NCBI GenBank assembly: GCA_024231215.1
Contig: JAAEQR010000142.1
Location: 36,593 to 100,592 of the forward strand
Direction: 5' to 3'
From: PVC group bacterium
GTDB lineage: Bacteria; Omnitrophota; Gorgyraeia; B26-G9
Length of the DNA: 64,000 nt
In this document: positions 1 through 9,065 of the stretch, one piece after another
How the letters are laid out: each line of letters opens with the position of its first letter
Position numbering within the stretch: position 1 is the stretch's first letter
Translations under genes and position numbers: made by a program
The notes under the pieces: model-generated
The model's database searches: none
Told to the model about the DNA's origin: nothing
What the model saw: only the letters and a program-made list of their open reading frames with translations

Positions 1-2581
1 TTTCGGGCCGGTTAAGGATTTTACTTTTCCGCAAAGTTTTTATGAAAAGGGGTTTAAACGAGCGGCTTTTCAGGCTAAGAGAAATAAGACGCCATCGGCT
101 TTTGGTTATGGGAAAATTTCTCTTAATGCTAAAGAAGATTTCTCAATGGACAGCCTGACGGGGTATGCCCAGGATGAGAAGCATTTAAGGAATCTTATCC
201 AAAAAGCTCAATCCAAAGACTTTTTAAAAAAGAAATATGATGAAAACCGGATGACACAGGAAAGATTACAGCACAATCTTTTTACTATTAGTGACGATGT
301 TATTTATAATTGCTATTGTGAGCAAACCTATTTGGATAATGTTTTAAGAGGAGGGTATCCTCTCTCAATCAAGGCAAAGGATAAGTCTTTTATTTTTCAT
401 GTCTACTCACGTAAACATGGAGATTTAGAAAGAGATTATAATAATTTTCTGACCGAGCCAACATATTTTTCCCAGGGAAATGGTAATTTTCGTGATGTGA
501 ATCAAAACCAAAGAAATGATGTTTGGTTTAACACGCAGGTTAAAGAGAATAATGTTGTTAAATTTTTTAATCTTCTACAGTTAGATGGGTTTAATCCGCT
601 GGTGGTAATCGGAACACGTTTTAAATTGAGAAGTGAAAAAATATTTGAAGAACATGCATCTGTATTTAAGAAAAAGAGTGATTTTCAGAAAGTTGTAGAC
701 TTTGCAAAGAAAGATTTTGTCCCCGGAGGATTGTTTGGCTTTTTAGATGAAAATAATATTCATTTAGCTATTAGCAATGAAAAGTTTTTGGAAACGCTTC
801 TTTCTTGTTGTGAACAAAAAGCAAATGCTGAGCATGGTGATGGTTTTTGGGTAGATCACTGGACTTATAATATGGACGCGCTGGAGTCATATTTAGCTAT
901 ATATCCGGAAGGTCTTGCTGATTTGCTTCTTAAACGGAAAACTTTTGTGTTTTTTAATAACTTTGTAAAGGTCAAACCCAGAGATGAAAAATACGTTCTT
1001 TTTGAAGGTAGTGTAAGACAGTATCGTTCTGTGTCAATGGAGGAAATGCAAGAAGATTCTCATATCAGTCATACGATTAAAAAGGATGACTGGAGAGTTC
1101 GTACAGAGTACGGAAAAGGCAGTGTTTATAAAACCACGCTATTGGTAAAAATTATTTGTTTAGTTGCAAATAAAATGGCTTCTTTTGATCCTTTTGGCTG
1201 CGGTATTGAAATGGAAGCGAATAAACCGGGCTGGTATGATTCTCTTAACGGTTTGCCTGGACTTTTTGGCTCATCAACTTGTGAAACAATGGAACTAAAA
1301 CGCCTTATTTCTTTTGTTTGTGAATCTCTTGATAGTCTAAAAGTTGAGGACAAAAATTCTTTAGTTATCCCCGAAGAAATATATGATTTTTTTATTGGGG
1401 TGGAAAACTTTGTAGATGCTTATTTAAAAAGCAAAAAGGTTACTAGGGATTCAATCTTTAGAACCAAAACGTATACGCTTAAAGAGATGTATCGTAAAAA
1501 GATACATGATGGGTTAAGTGGAACAGAGCAGAGGTTGAGTGTCGGAACCTTAAAATCAATGTTAAGAAAAATGGAGCAGAAGGTTGCTTGGGGAGTTAAA
1601 AAGGCCAAGGATAAGAAGAGCGGCTTGTTTCACACTTATTTTATTAATGAAGTTACGGATTATGAAAAGATTAAAAACCCACAGGGTAGTGGGTTTAAAA
1701 CCAGCCAGGACGGATTGTTTTGCGTAAGACCGAAGAAGTTCAAACAGGTACCGCTACCGCTTTTTCTTGAGGGGCAGGTGCATGCTTTACGGATAGCGGA
1801 GAAAAAAGATTCAACAAAGAAGCTTTATCAAAACACAAAGAAAAGCCTTCTTTATGATAAGGCTCTGCAAATGTATAAAGTTAATGCTCCTCTAAAAAGA
1901 ATGAGTGAAGAAATTGGGCGGGCGAGGATTTTTACTCCAGGATGGCTGGAGAATGAATCTATATGGCTGCATATGGAATATAAGTTTATATTAGAGTTAT
2001 TGCGGAATGGCCTGTATGATGAGTTCTTCGCTGAATTTAAAAAGGTGTTGATCCCGTATCAGCCGGCAGCACGTTACGGAAGAAGTGTTCTTGAAAATTC
2101 TTCTTTTATAGTTAGCAGTGCTTATCCGGATAAAAGACTACATGGAAATGGCTTTGTCGCACGCTTAAGCGGTTCAACAGCAGAGTTTGTGAATATGTGG
2201 CTGTGGATGAATGTGGGGCTGAATCCATTCCGCTTAAACAAAGACAAAAAGCTTGAGCTAGAGTTTAGCCCGATTTTACCTGCTTGGATGTTTACTAAAA
2301 AAGATTGTTCTTGTAAATATTATCCTAAAAAAGGGAAGGCAAAGACTGTTAATCTGGGTAAAAATGATTATGCATTTAGCTTCCTGGGAACAACTCTGGT
2401 GATATATCATAATCCAACCAGAAAAGATACCTTTGGCAAAAATGGAGTTCAAGTAAAAAAGATAAAGCTCATAGGCTCTGATGGGAAAATTGTAACACTT
2501 GATAGCCCTATAATTCCTTCGCCTTATGCCGAGCAAATAAGACAACTGCAGTATGCAAAAATAGAGATTGACTTAGGATGA
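1..2581 (+). CDS. Glycoside phosphorylase, GH94-related (probably GH161/GH149-type beta-1,3-glucan phosphorylase); 5' partial
   Basis: Frame is open from base 2 (FGPVKDFTFPQSF...) into the 146..2581 ORF. Motifs HVYSRKHGDLERDYN, QGNGNFRDVNQN, GFWVDHWTY, EANKPGWYDSLNGLPG, GWLENESIWLHMEYK and RLSGSTAEF are typical of these large phosphorylases. Family assignment is from memory. Confidence 0.65.
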   Translation, partial: FGPVKDFTFPQSFYEKGFKRAAFQAKRNKTPSAFGYGKISLNAKEDFSMDSLTGYAQDEKHLRNLIQKAQSKDFLKKKYDENRMTQERLQHNLFTISDDVIYNCYCEQTYLDNVLRGGYPLSIKAKDKSFIFHVYSRKHGDLERDYNNFLTEPTYFSQGNGNFRDVNQNQRNDVWFNTQVKENNVVKFFNLLQLDGFNPLVVIGTRFKLRSEKIFEEHASVFKKKSDFQKVVDFAKKDFVPGGLFGFLDENNIHLAISNEKFLETLLSCCEQKANAEHGDGFWVDHWTYNMDALESYLAIYPEGLADLLLKRKTFVFFNNFVKVKPRDEKYVLFEGSVRQYRSVSMEEMQEDSHISHTIKKDDWRVRTEYGKGSVYKTTLLVKIICLVANKMASFDPFGCGIEMEANKPGWYDSLNGLPGLFGSSTCETMELKRLISFVCESLDSLKVEDKNSLVIPEEIYDFFIGVENFVDAYLKSKKVTRDSIFRTKTYTLKEMYRKKIHDGLSGTEQRLSVGTLKSMLRKMEQKVAWGVKKAKDKKSGLFHTYFINEVTDYEKIKNPQGSGFKTSQDGLFCVRPKKFKQVPLPLFLEGQVHALRIAEKKDSTKKLYQNTKKSLLYDKALQMYKVNAPLKRMSEEIGRARIFTPGWLENESIWLHMEYKFILELLRNGLYDEFFAEFKKVLIPYQPAARYGRSVLENSSFIVSSAYPDKRLHGNGFVARLSGSTAEFVNMWLWMNVGLNPFRLNKDKKLELEFSPILPAWMFTKKDCSCKYYPKKGKAKTVNLGKNDYAFSFLGTTLVIYHNPTRKDTFGKNGVQVKKIKLIGSDGKIVTLDSPIIPSPYAEQIRQLQYAKIEIDLG

Positions 2582-2608
2582 GTGTGCTTTAAATAAAAGG
2601 GGAAGGTT

Positions 2609-2932
2609 ATGCAAAAAACAAGCGAAAAGGATTCAGCTTTTTCATTTGGAGATCACGGAGTGAAAACTCTTTTTAGCGGTACTGGATGTGAATTAGGAAT
2701 GCAGGTTTTGAAGATAGACGGAGAATCCGGAGTTTGTCTTAATAAGAAGGGAGAACAAACCATATTGCATGTTATTGAAGGCACTGGAACCATTCGTGTC
2801 AATGATGCTTTTGTATCTGTTGCTGCCGGTGATACTGTCCGGGTTGAGGAAGGGGAAATGCATAATATTATCTGCACCGGAGTTGAGTTGAAACTTGTAT
2901 ACTTAAAATGTGTTTATTCAGTCTCTGCTTAA
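2609..2932 (+). CDS. Cupin domain protein
   Basis: 107 aa with cupin pattern EQTILHVIEGTGTIRV...VAAGDTVRVEEGEMHNI; purine-rich RBS upstream. Confidence 0.7.
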   Translation: MQKTSEKDSAFSFGDHGVKTLFSGTGCELGMQVLKIDGESGVCLNKKGEQTILHVIEGTGTIRVNDAFVSVAAGDTVRVEEGEMHNIICTGVELKLVYLKCVYSVSA

Positions 2933-2951
2933 TTTTATAGATGACTTTTAT

Positions 2952-3989
2952 TTATGTTTTTATATAGGAAGTTACATATTTACGCAGTAACTCTTTATGG
3001 GATTTGCTCATTTTTGTTTTTGCCAATGTTGTCTCAGACTGATCCAGAAGTCTTTTAATCTCATTTTTTGACGTTTGATATGCTCCGGTATTAGTAATTA
3101 TTTTTCTGATTTTTTGGAGATCAGCGTATTTTAATTTTTCATTCCCCAAGCAAGACTGTATGAATTTGCGTTCATCCCGAGAGCATCTTTTAAAAGCAAG
3201 AAATATAGGCAGTGTTTTTTTTGATTCTATGATATCACTTAAAACCGATTTTCCAATCACCTTGCTTTTTTCGAATAGTCCGATAAGATCATCCTGTATT
3301 TGAAAAGCTTCCCCTAGATATTCTCCATATTCAGCCAGAGTATTTGCTTCGGATATGCTTCCTCCGGCAAGTATGCAGCCGCAAAACAGGGGTGATTTAA
3401 ATGTATATTCTGAAGTCTTAAGAATATAATTTAAGCGGATATCACTTTTTTTTATGCAGCTAATATCAATCAACCCATTTCTTATATCCTTAAATTCTCC
3501 TGCACCGGTAAGTACAGTAGCTCTGATAAATGCTTTAAGCGCTGTTTGCATGTCTTTTGGGGGAGTTTCCAGAGATAGAAAAGCATCTATTGCCATAGCA
3601 TAAATAATATCTCCGGCAACAATACTTAAATCTTGGCCGATTTTTTCCGATTGTCTAAGTGCGCGTTGGAATATCTTGTGCAGGGTAGGCTTACCTCGTC
3701 TGGTATTTGAATTATCGATTATATCGTCATGGATAAGTAGAAAATCATGTAATAATTCAAAAGCAACGGCTGTTTTTAAAAGTTGACTGGTTATTCTCTT
3801 TTTTCTGGAATATCCAAGATAGGAAAGGGTGAAAAAAGTCGGCCGGATTCTTTTTCCGTCCCGTAGGACAAAATCCTTTATTCCACTAACGAGTAAAGAA
3901 TCAACCCGAGACAGCCGGTATTCATTCATTTTCTCCTGAACATAGCTTTTTAAAGTAGTATTGATTTTTTGTTTTAAGTCTATAAACAT
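2952..3989 (-). CDS. Polyprenyl diphosphate (GGPP-type) synthase
   Basis: GKRIRP, FARM LIHDDIIDNSNTRRG, SARM AFQIQDD and KKT motifs. ATG at 3989 preferred over TTG at 4025. Confidence 0.9.
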   Translation of the reverse strand: MFIDLKQKINTTLKSYVQEKMNEYRLSRVDSLLVSGIKDFVLRDGKRIRPTFFTLSYLGYSRKKRITSQLLKTAVAFELLHDFLLIHDDIIDNSNTRRGKPTLHKIFQRALRQSEKIGQDLSIVAGDIIYAMAIDAFLSLETPPKDMQTALKAFIRATVLTGAGEFKDIRNGLIDISCIKKSDIRLNYILKTSEYTFKSPLFCGCILAGGSISEANTLAEYGEYLGEAFQIQDDLIGLFEKSKVIGKSVLSDIIESKKTLPIFLAFKRCSRDERKFIQSCLGNEKLKYADLQKIRKIITNTGAYQTSKNEIKRLLDQSETTLAKTKMSKSHKELLRKYVTSYIKT

Positions 3990-4088
3990 ATGAGTTATGC
4001 TACCACAACCTGATTTTTTTAACAATAATTAATTGAAAAAATCTAAAAGTATGTTATGATTAAAAGACCAAAAAAGGAGGGTAAGAAT

Positions 4089-4388
4089 ATGCTGGATAAG
4101 TTGAAAAACATGTTTGAAGCACAAAAGAAAATGAATGATATCAAAAAAGGCCTGGAAAAGGTTACGGTAGAGCATGAGGTTATGGGAGGAAAGATAAAAG
4201 TTTCTATGTCAGGCACCCAACAGATTCTCTCTGTAGACATAGACGATGAATACTTATCTGCAGAAAAAAAAGGTGTGCTCCAGAGATCCCTTGTAGAATG
4301 TCTTAATGGGGCTTCTGAAAAGGTCCAGAAAGTTGCGGCACAGCAGTTAAAGGCATCTATGGGAGACTTAAATATCCCGGGGCTCTAA
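4089..4388 (+). CDS. YbaB/EbfC nucleoid-associated protein
   Basis: AQKKM...VTVEHEVMGGKIKVSMSG...IDDEYL...LNGA...GDLNIPGL pattern. AAGGAGG RBS lies before ATG 4089. Confidence 0.85.
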   Translation: MLDKLKNMFEAQKKMNDIKKGLEKVTVEHEVMGGKIKVSMSGTQQILSVDIDDEYLSAEKKGVLQRSLVECLNGASEKVQKVAAQQLKASMGDLNIPGL

Positions 4389-4402
4389 ATATACTAAATA
4401 CT

Positions 4403-4675
4403 ATGAGTATAACCCAAGTTCATATATATTATTCCGGCAGAGTGCACGGTGTGGGGTTTCGTTATACGGCTGAACGTATTGCGGCTAGTTGGGGTGTTGC
4501 CGGCTGGGTGCGTAATCTGCCGGACGGACGGGTTGAATTGGTTGCAGAAGCAGAGAAAAACAAGCTAAAAGGCTTCACAGAAGATTTAGAAGCTACAATG
4601 CATGCTTATATAAGAAATACCGATGTATTCTGGGAAGATGCAGAACAAGTAAAAGGTTTTACGATAAGATTCTAG
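4403..4675 (+). CDS. acyP: Acylphosphatase
   Basis: SGRVHGVGFR and GWVRNLPDGRVE signatures; 90 aa. Confidence 0.92.
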   Translation: MSITQVHIYYSGRVHGVGFRYTAERIAASWGVAGWVRNLPDGRVELVAEAEKNKLKGFTEDLEATMHAYIRNTDVFWEDAEQVKGFTIRF

Positions 4676-4881
4676 GGTATTGATCAATATATTTGTAATG
4701 TTGGCAGTGTGGGACAACCCAGAGACAGAAATTCACTTGCTAGCTATTGTATTTTTGACACGAAAAAAAAGCTTGTGGAAATAAAAAGGATTAGTTATAA
4801 TATAAAGCAAGCTCAGGATAAAATAAGGAGAGTTATAATTTGCCGGATTTTCCGGCAGATAGATTAAGTCAAGGACGATGA
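4676..4881 (+). pseudogene. C-terminal remnant of a calcineurin-like metallophosphoesterase (frameshifted, no start codon)
   Basis: Manual translation gives GIDQYICNVGSVGQPRDRNSLASYCIFDTKKKLVEIKRISYNIKQAQDKIRR, then a frameshift to YNLPDFPADRLSQGR*. NxGSVGQPRD and the C-terminal LPxxLAxRLxxGR pattern are diagnostic. Confidence 0.8.
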
Positions 4882-5366
4882 AAAATATAATAAAAATAGT
4901 ATTAGTTTGTACAGTTATCCCGGTTTTTCTCTGTGCTTATAGGACTACTGATAGAGAAGAAAATGTGACTCAAAAATCAGAAGTTCCTACTACCCCTATT
5001 GTTGAATACGAAACAATCCCCCAGAACCACCAATCTCCCGAAGAATTGTATCTACATTATCATCTTATTATCGTAACCTCACTTGAAGAAGCGTCTACTA
5101 CTTTGGATGATAACCAATTTTGGGCATATGGGATGGGAACAAATGCATATCACTATTTAGAGCTACTCTGTGAACTTTTTAGTCCAGAGTATCAAAACAA
5201 ACTTACTCAGATATCCGAAAGTATTGCTGCCGCAACAGCTTATTTAAAAAAAGACAATCTAACCCAGATCCAAAAAAACAGGGTTAAACAAAAACTTAAG
5301 GATACAGCAAAAGTTTTGGATCGTGAGTATTCTTATGCTAAAATTGAAAACTGGTTGCAAAAATGA
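4878..5366 (+). CDS. Hypothetical exported helical protein
   Basis: 162 aa with an N-terminal signal-like hydrophobic stretch; ATGA coupling to neighbours on both sides. Confidence 0.6.
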   Translation: MKNIIKIVLVCTVIPVFLCAYRTTDREENVTQKSEVPTTPIVEYETIPQNHQSPEELYLHYHLIIVTSLEEASTTLDDNQFWAYGMGTNAYHYLELLCELFSPEYQNKLTQISESIAAATAYLKKDNLTQIQKNRVKQKLKDTAKVLDREYSYAKIENWLQK

Positions 5367-5953
5367 TTCTAAAATCAATAGCTGTTGGAGATTTGCAGGC
5401 AAATTGTTATATATTAGGTGATGAGCAGAGTAAAGAAGGGATTTTAATTGATCCCGGGGATGAGCCGACAAGAATAGAATCAGAATTAAAAGCAACGGGA
5501 ATATCATTAAAAGCTATTATTTTAACCCATGGTCACTTTGATCATACAGGTGCAGTAAATGCTTTTGATATCCCGGTATATCTGCACAAAGACGATGAGC
5601 GATTCTTAAGAATTAGCCTCTTGGGAGAAGATGTTATCGGAAATATCGACCAGTTGCAATTCTTAAACGATGGACAAAAGCTAAATTTTGGAACACTTAC
5701 TTTACACATAATACATACGCCGGGACATTCTCCCGGGGGCATTTGCTTACAGGTAGAAAATATTTTGTTTAGTGGCGATACACTGTTTGCTCAGGGAGTA
5801 GGCAGAACTGATTTACCGGGTGGTTCTTATCAGCAGCTATGTAGTTCACTTAAACATAAGTTGTTTATATTGGATGAGCATACAATTGTCTATCCCGGAC
5901 ATGGGCCACAAACAACAATAGGTGAAGAAAAAACAGGGAATTTTTACCTATGA
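5363..5953 (+). CDS. MBL-fold metallo-hydrolase (glyoxalase II-like)
   Basis: THGHFDH, HTPGHSPG, FSGDTLF, GRTDLPGG and YPGHG motifs. Confidence 0.92.
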   Translation: MILKSIAVGDLQANCYILGDEQSKEGILIDPGDEPTRIESELKATGISLKAIILTHGHFDHTGAVNAFDIPVYLHKDDERFLRISLLGEDVIGNIDQLQFLNDGQKLNFGTLTLHIIHTPGHSPGGICLQVENILFSGDTLFAQGVGRTDLPGGSYQQLCSSLKHKLFILDEHTIVYPGHGPQTTIGEEKTGNFYL

Positions 5954-6474
5954 ATTTAACACGTAGAGAGATATTATTGTCTTTTATCTATCTTATTGTT
6001 GTAATTGGAATTGCATTATATTTTTTCTTTTACAAGTTTTTGTTTATTCGTCATAATAAAGTAAATACCCAAATAACATCTGTAGAAAATGCCCTGACAA
6101 AGATGAATTCGATTATGGCCAGCAAATCCATAGTCGAGAAAGAGTATAGTGTTTTTGAGAAAAAGCTATCTTCAGAAAAAGTAAAACAAACAGCCTCTAC
6201 GGAAATCTTGCAGGATATAAAAACAAAGGCAGCACAAGCCGGATTAAATGTTATTAATATAAAACCCTTTTTGTTGAAAAAAGAGGGGTTATACGGAGCG
6301 TTTGATTTTAAGTTAGAAACCGAAGGTACTCTTAAAAATATAGGTCAATTTCTATATAATCTTGATGATTCTCCGTATTTATTTACAATAAAGTACTTAC
6401 AAATGAATGCCCGGACTCAGGGGGAGCATTTGCAGGTACAGCTAATGTTAAGTGCTATTTTGGCGAAAGAGTGA
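5950..6474 (+). CDS. PilO/GspM-like inner-membrane protein
   Basis: MNLTRRE N-terminus, single TM helix, coiled coil, ferredoxin-like C-terminal domain (EGTLKNIGQFLYNLDD...FTIKYLQM); lies upstream of a secretin. Confidence 0.65.
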   Translation: MNLTRREILLSFIYLIVVIGIALYFFFYKFLFIRHNKVNTQITSVENALTKMNSIMASKSIVEKEYSVFEKKLSSEKVKQTASTEILQDIKTKAAQAGLNVINIKPFLLKKEGLYGAFDFKLETEGTLKNIGQFLYNLDDSPYLFTIKYLQMNARTQGEHLQVQLMLSAILAKE

Positions 6475-6478
6475 TATA

Positions 6479-6979
6479 ATGGGGGAAAAGATTACCACGA
6501 TTCCATATAAGCATCTACAGTGGTTTAATATTTTCAATATACTGCTTGTAGTATTTGCAATATTATTTGCCGGAGGGCTTCTTTGGCTGCAGTTTTTTTC
6601 CGAACCAAATATAGTTTTTAATTTTCGGCATCAAAACAGCATGTCTGAATCCGTGACGGGAATGAAATTCCTGAAAAAGCCCATGGATTATTATGAACGC
6701 ATTTTATCCCGCAAAAGATTATTTGTAGCACAGCCCGGGGTAAAACGTATTAAAAAGACAGGCCTATCTATGAGCCTGGATGTACTACTAGATGAGTTGC
6801 AATTGCAGGGAATTGTATCTGGGCCCCAAGGACCACAAGCTATTATTTTTAATGCAAAAACAAATCGTTCGCATTATTGTCAAGGCGGAGAAACAATTGG
6901 TGGCTTTATAGTAAAGGAAGTGCTACCTGATAAAGTAGTATTAGATAGAGATAACGAAGAGGTTGAATTGAAATTATGA
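6479..6979 (+). CDS. GspC/PilP-like (HR-domain) protein
   Basis: N-terminal TM plus LQLQGIVSG...AII...GETIGGFIVKEVLPDKVVLDRDNEEVELKL, typical of the GspC HR/PilP beta-fold. Confidence 0.65.
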   Translation: MGEKITTIPYKHLQWFNIFNILLVVFAILFAGGLLWLQFFSEPNIVFNFRHQNSMSESVTGMKFLKKPMDYYERILSRKRLFVAQPGVKRIKKTGLSMSLDVLLDELQLQGIVSGPQGPQAIIFNAKTNRSHYCQGGETIGGFIVKEVLPDKVVLDRDNEEVELKL

Positions 6980-8478
6980 AATTCAAGATCATATGTTTAG
7001 TGCTTATATTCATGACTCTTACTGTCTCAGGATTACAGGCAGAAGATGCTACATCTTTACACATCAACTTAGATGTTAAAAATATGAGCATTATCGATGT
7101 ATTAAGATTATTAGCGGAACAGGGACAGGTGAACATTGTTGCCAGTAAAAATGTTCAGGGTCGAATCACGGCTAAATTACAAGGTATAACCGTAGAAGAA
7201 GCTTTAGGGGCAATTTTAGATGCAAATAACTTTATTTACAAAAAAGAAAATAATATCATAAAAGTGTATGCCCGGCAGGATATTTTGCAGCAGGAACAAA
7301 CCGAGAAATTAGTAAGCAGGGTATTTTTGCTTGTTCATATCAAGGCCACTGATTTTAGGCAAGTATTAAATTCCATAAAATCTGCAAGAGGACGAGTAGA
7401 AATTAATACAGTTTCTAATCAAGTAATTGTAACTGATACCTTGGAAAAGATGGCAGAAATAGAACAAATAATAGCCGATTCTGATATGAAAATGGTTACA
7501 AAAATTTATAATTTAAATTATGCTGATGCAAATAGCCTAAAAGATAAGCTTATAGAAATGATTCCGAAACAAGCCGGGGATGTTTTTGTTGATGAACGTA
7601 CAAATGGTATTGTTATAAGAGCAGTTTCAGAAACGATTGAGAAAGTTGATTTACTGATGCAAAGCTGGGATAAGCGTTCTTCCCAGGTATTGATTGAAGC
7701 AAAAATATTAGAAGTATCTTTAGATAAAACAAAAGGACTGGGAGTTAGCTGGGAATATCAATCAAGTTCCAATAACGATGCTACCAGTCTTTCTGCTAGT
7801 TTGCCGGCAAGCATAAGCGGCGGGGGCATTTTTAAGGTAGGAACATTAACACAAGATGAATATACAGTAACCATACAAGCGCTGGAAAGTTCTACTAATA
7901 CAAATATCCTATCCAACCCCAGGATTGTAGTGGTTGACAATACCGAAGCAAATATTTTAGTTGGAAGTGCGGAACCATACTTAGTTACTTATATTGACAA
8001 AGAAACTAATACCCAAACAGAAGAAACTAAATTTATTGATGTCGGAGTAAAGTTAAATGTTACTCCTAAAATCAGCAAAGACGATTATATTACCTTAAAG
8101 ATTCATCCAGAAGTAAGTTCTGCCAGAAGAGTAGCTGAAGTCAATAACGCTCTGGCGGTAGATACAACCCAAGCTGATACAACTGTGGTTGTGAAAAACG
8201 GACAAACCATTGTAATGGGGGGATTAATAAAAGACACCTCGTCAAAAGTCCAAGCCAAAGTTCCAGTTTTAGGTAGTATCCCGATTATCGGTTTGTTTTT
8301 CAGGAGTCACGCTACTGCAAAAATCAAGAAGGAAATAGTAGTTTTTATTACTCCTCATATTTTAGAAAACAGCGAAACTAGGATAACAGTTGGTGATAGA
8401 GAGCAGGCAATGAAACAAGCTATCCAGGAGGCTGCTAATAAATGGGATGAATGGGAAGGAGAAAAAGATTATGAATAA
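6976..8478 (+). CDS. Secretin (PilQ/GspD family)
   Basis: Signal peptide, N0/STN-like domain, two N3 repeats, QVLIEAKILEV, ILSNPRIVVVDNTEANILVG, DVGVKLNVTPKI, GQTIVMGGLI, KVPVLGSIPIIGLFF, EIVVFITPHI. Confidence 0.93.
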   Translation: MKFKIICLVLIFMTLTVSGLQAEDATSLHINLDVKNMSIIDVLRLLAEQGQVNIVASKNVQGRITAKLQGITVEEALGAILDANNFIYKKENNIIKVYARQDILQQEQTEKLVSRVFLLVHIKATDFRQVLNSIKSARGRVEINTVSNQVIVTDTLEKMAEIEQIIADSDMKMVTKIYNLNYADANSLKDKLIEMIPKQAGDVFVDERTNGIVIRAVSETIEKVDLLMQSWDKRSSQVLIEAKILEVSLDKTKGLGVSWEYQSSSNNDATSLSASLPASISGGGIFKVGTLTQDEYTVTIQALESSTNTNILSNPRIVVVDNTEANILVGSAEPYLVTYIDKETNTQTEETKFIDVGVKLNVTPKISKDDYITLKIHPEVSSARRVAEVNNALAVDTTQADTTVVVKNGQTIVMGGLIKDTSSKVQAKVPVLGSIPIIGLFFRSHATAKIKKEIVVFITPHILENSETRITVGDREQAMKQAIQEAANKWDEWEGEKDYE

Positions 8479-9037
8479 TATAACACAAAGAGTGTGCGGA
8501 TTTTTTCTATTTATACTGGGCTGTGCTTTAATTATCCCGGGGATAGATTGTTATGGTATTATGCCGGCCCGAAGTCTGGAAGATATTACTCTTGCAGCAG
8601 ACAATATTGTTGTTGGCCAGGTTTTAGCTACTAACACTCTCTGGAATCAGGATAAGACTTTAATTGTTACCGAAGTAAAAGTATCTATTAGTGATGTAAT
8701 TAAAGGAGATTTTACGCAAGAAGTTTTAACCGTAGAATTTATCGGAGGGGAAATTGGAACAATAGGATTAAAAGTTTCAGATACTCCGGAGTTTCAGGCA
8801 AACGAAGAAATTGTGCTTTTTTCCAATAATATTAAAGATCGTCCTTTGGTGCAGAAAATCACGGGTAGGACTCAGGGTAAATGTAAAGTACAGGAAAATT
8901 TGGTTTCAAATATAAAAGAAGTTACAATAGCAGGCGGAAAAAAAGTTGACGATAACGGTCAAGTGTTTACGGAAGCATCAAAAACTATTCCATTAGATGT
9001 GTTTATTAGCGAAATAAAAGAGGTGCTTGTTAAGTAG
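8471..9037 (+). CDS. Exported hypothetical protein (putative protease partner/prodomain-like)
   Basis: Signal/TM segment, then SLEDITLAADNIVVGQV...IVTEVKVSISDVIKG...GGEIG...PEFQANEEIVLF. I recall this domain type next to or fused with matrixin proteases. Confidence 0.55.
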   Translation: MNNITQRVCGFFLFILGCALIIPGIDCYGIMPARSLEDITLAADNIVVGQVLATNTLWNQDKTLIVTEVKVSISDVIKGDFTQEVLTVEFIGGEIGTIGLKVSDTPEFQANEEIVLFSNNIKDRPLVQKITGRTQGKCKVQENLVSNIKEVTIAGGKKVDDNGQVFTEASKTIPLDVFISEIKEVLVK

Positions 9038-9065
9038 CTCCGAGGAATAAGAGAGGAGGCATATA

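Noticed and set aside
4673-4675. Amber readthrough or recoding fusing acyP to the downstream fragment (also considered for TAG at 33425)
   Set aside because: The fragment is frameshifted and lacks the N-terminal catalytic motifs; TAG ends other genes normally (hom, apgM); no pyl genes in the window.
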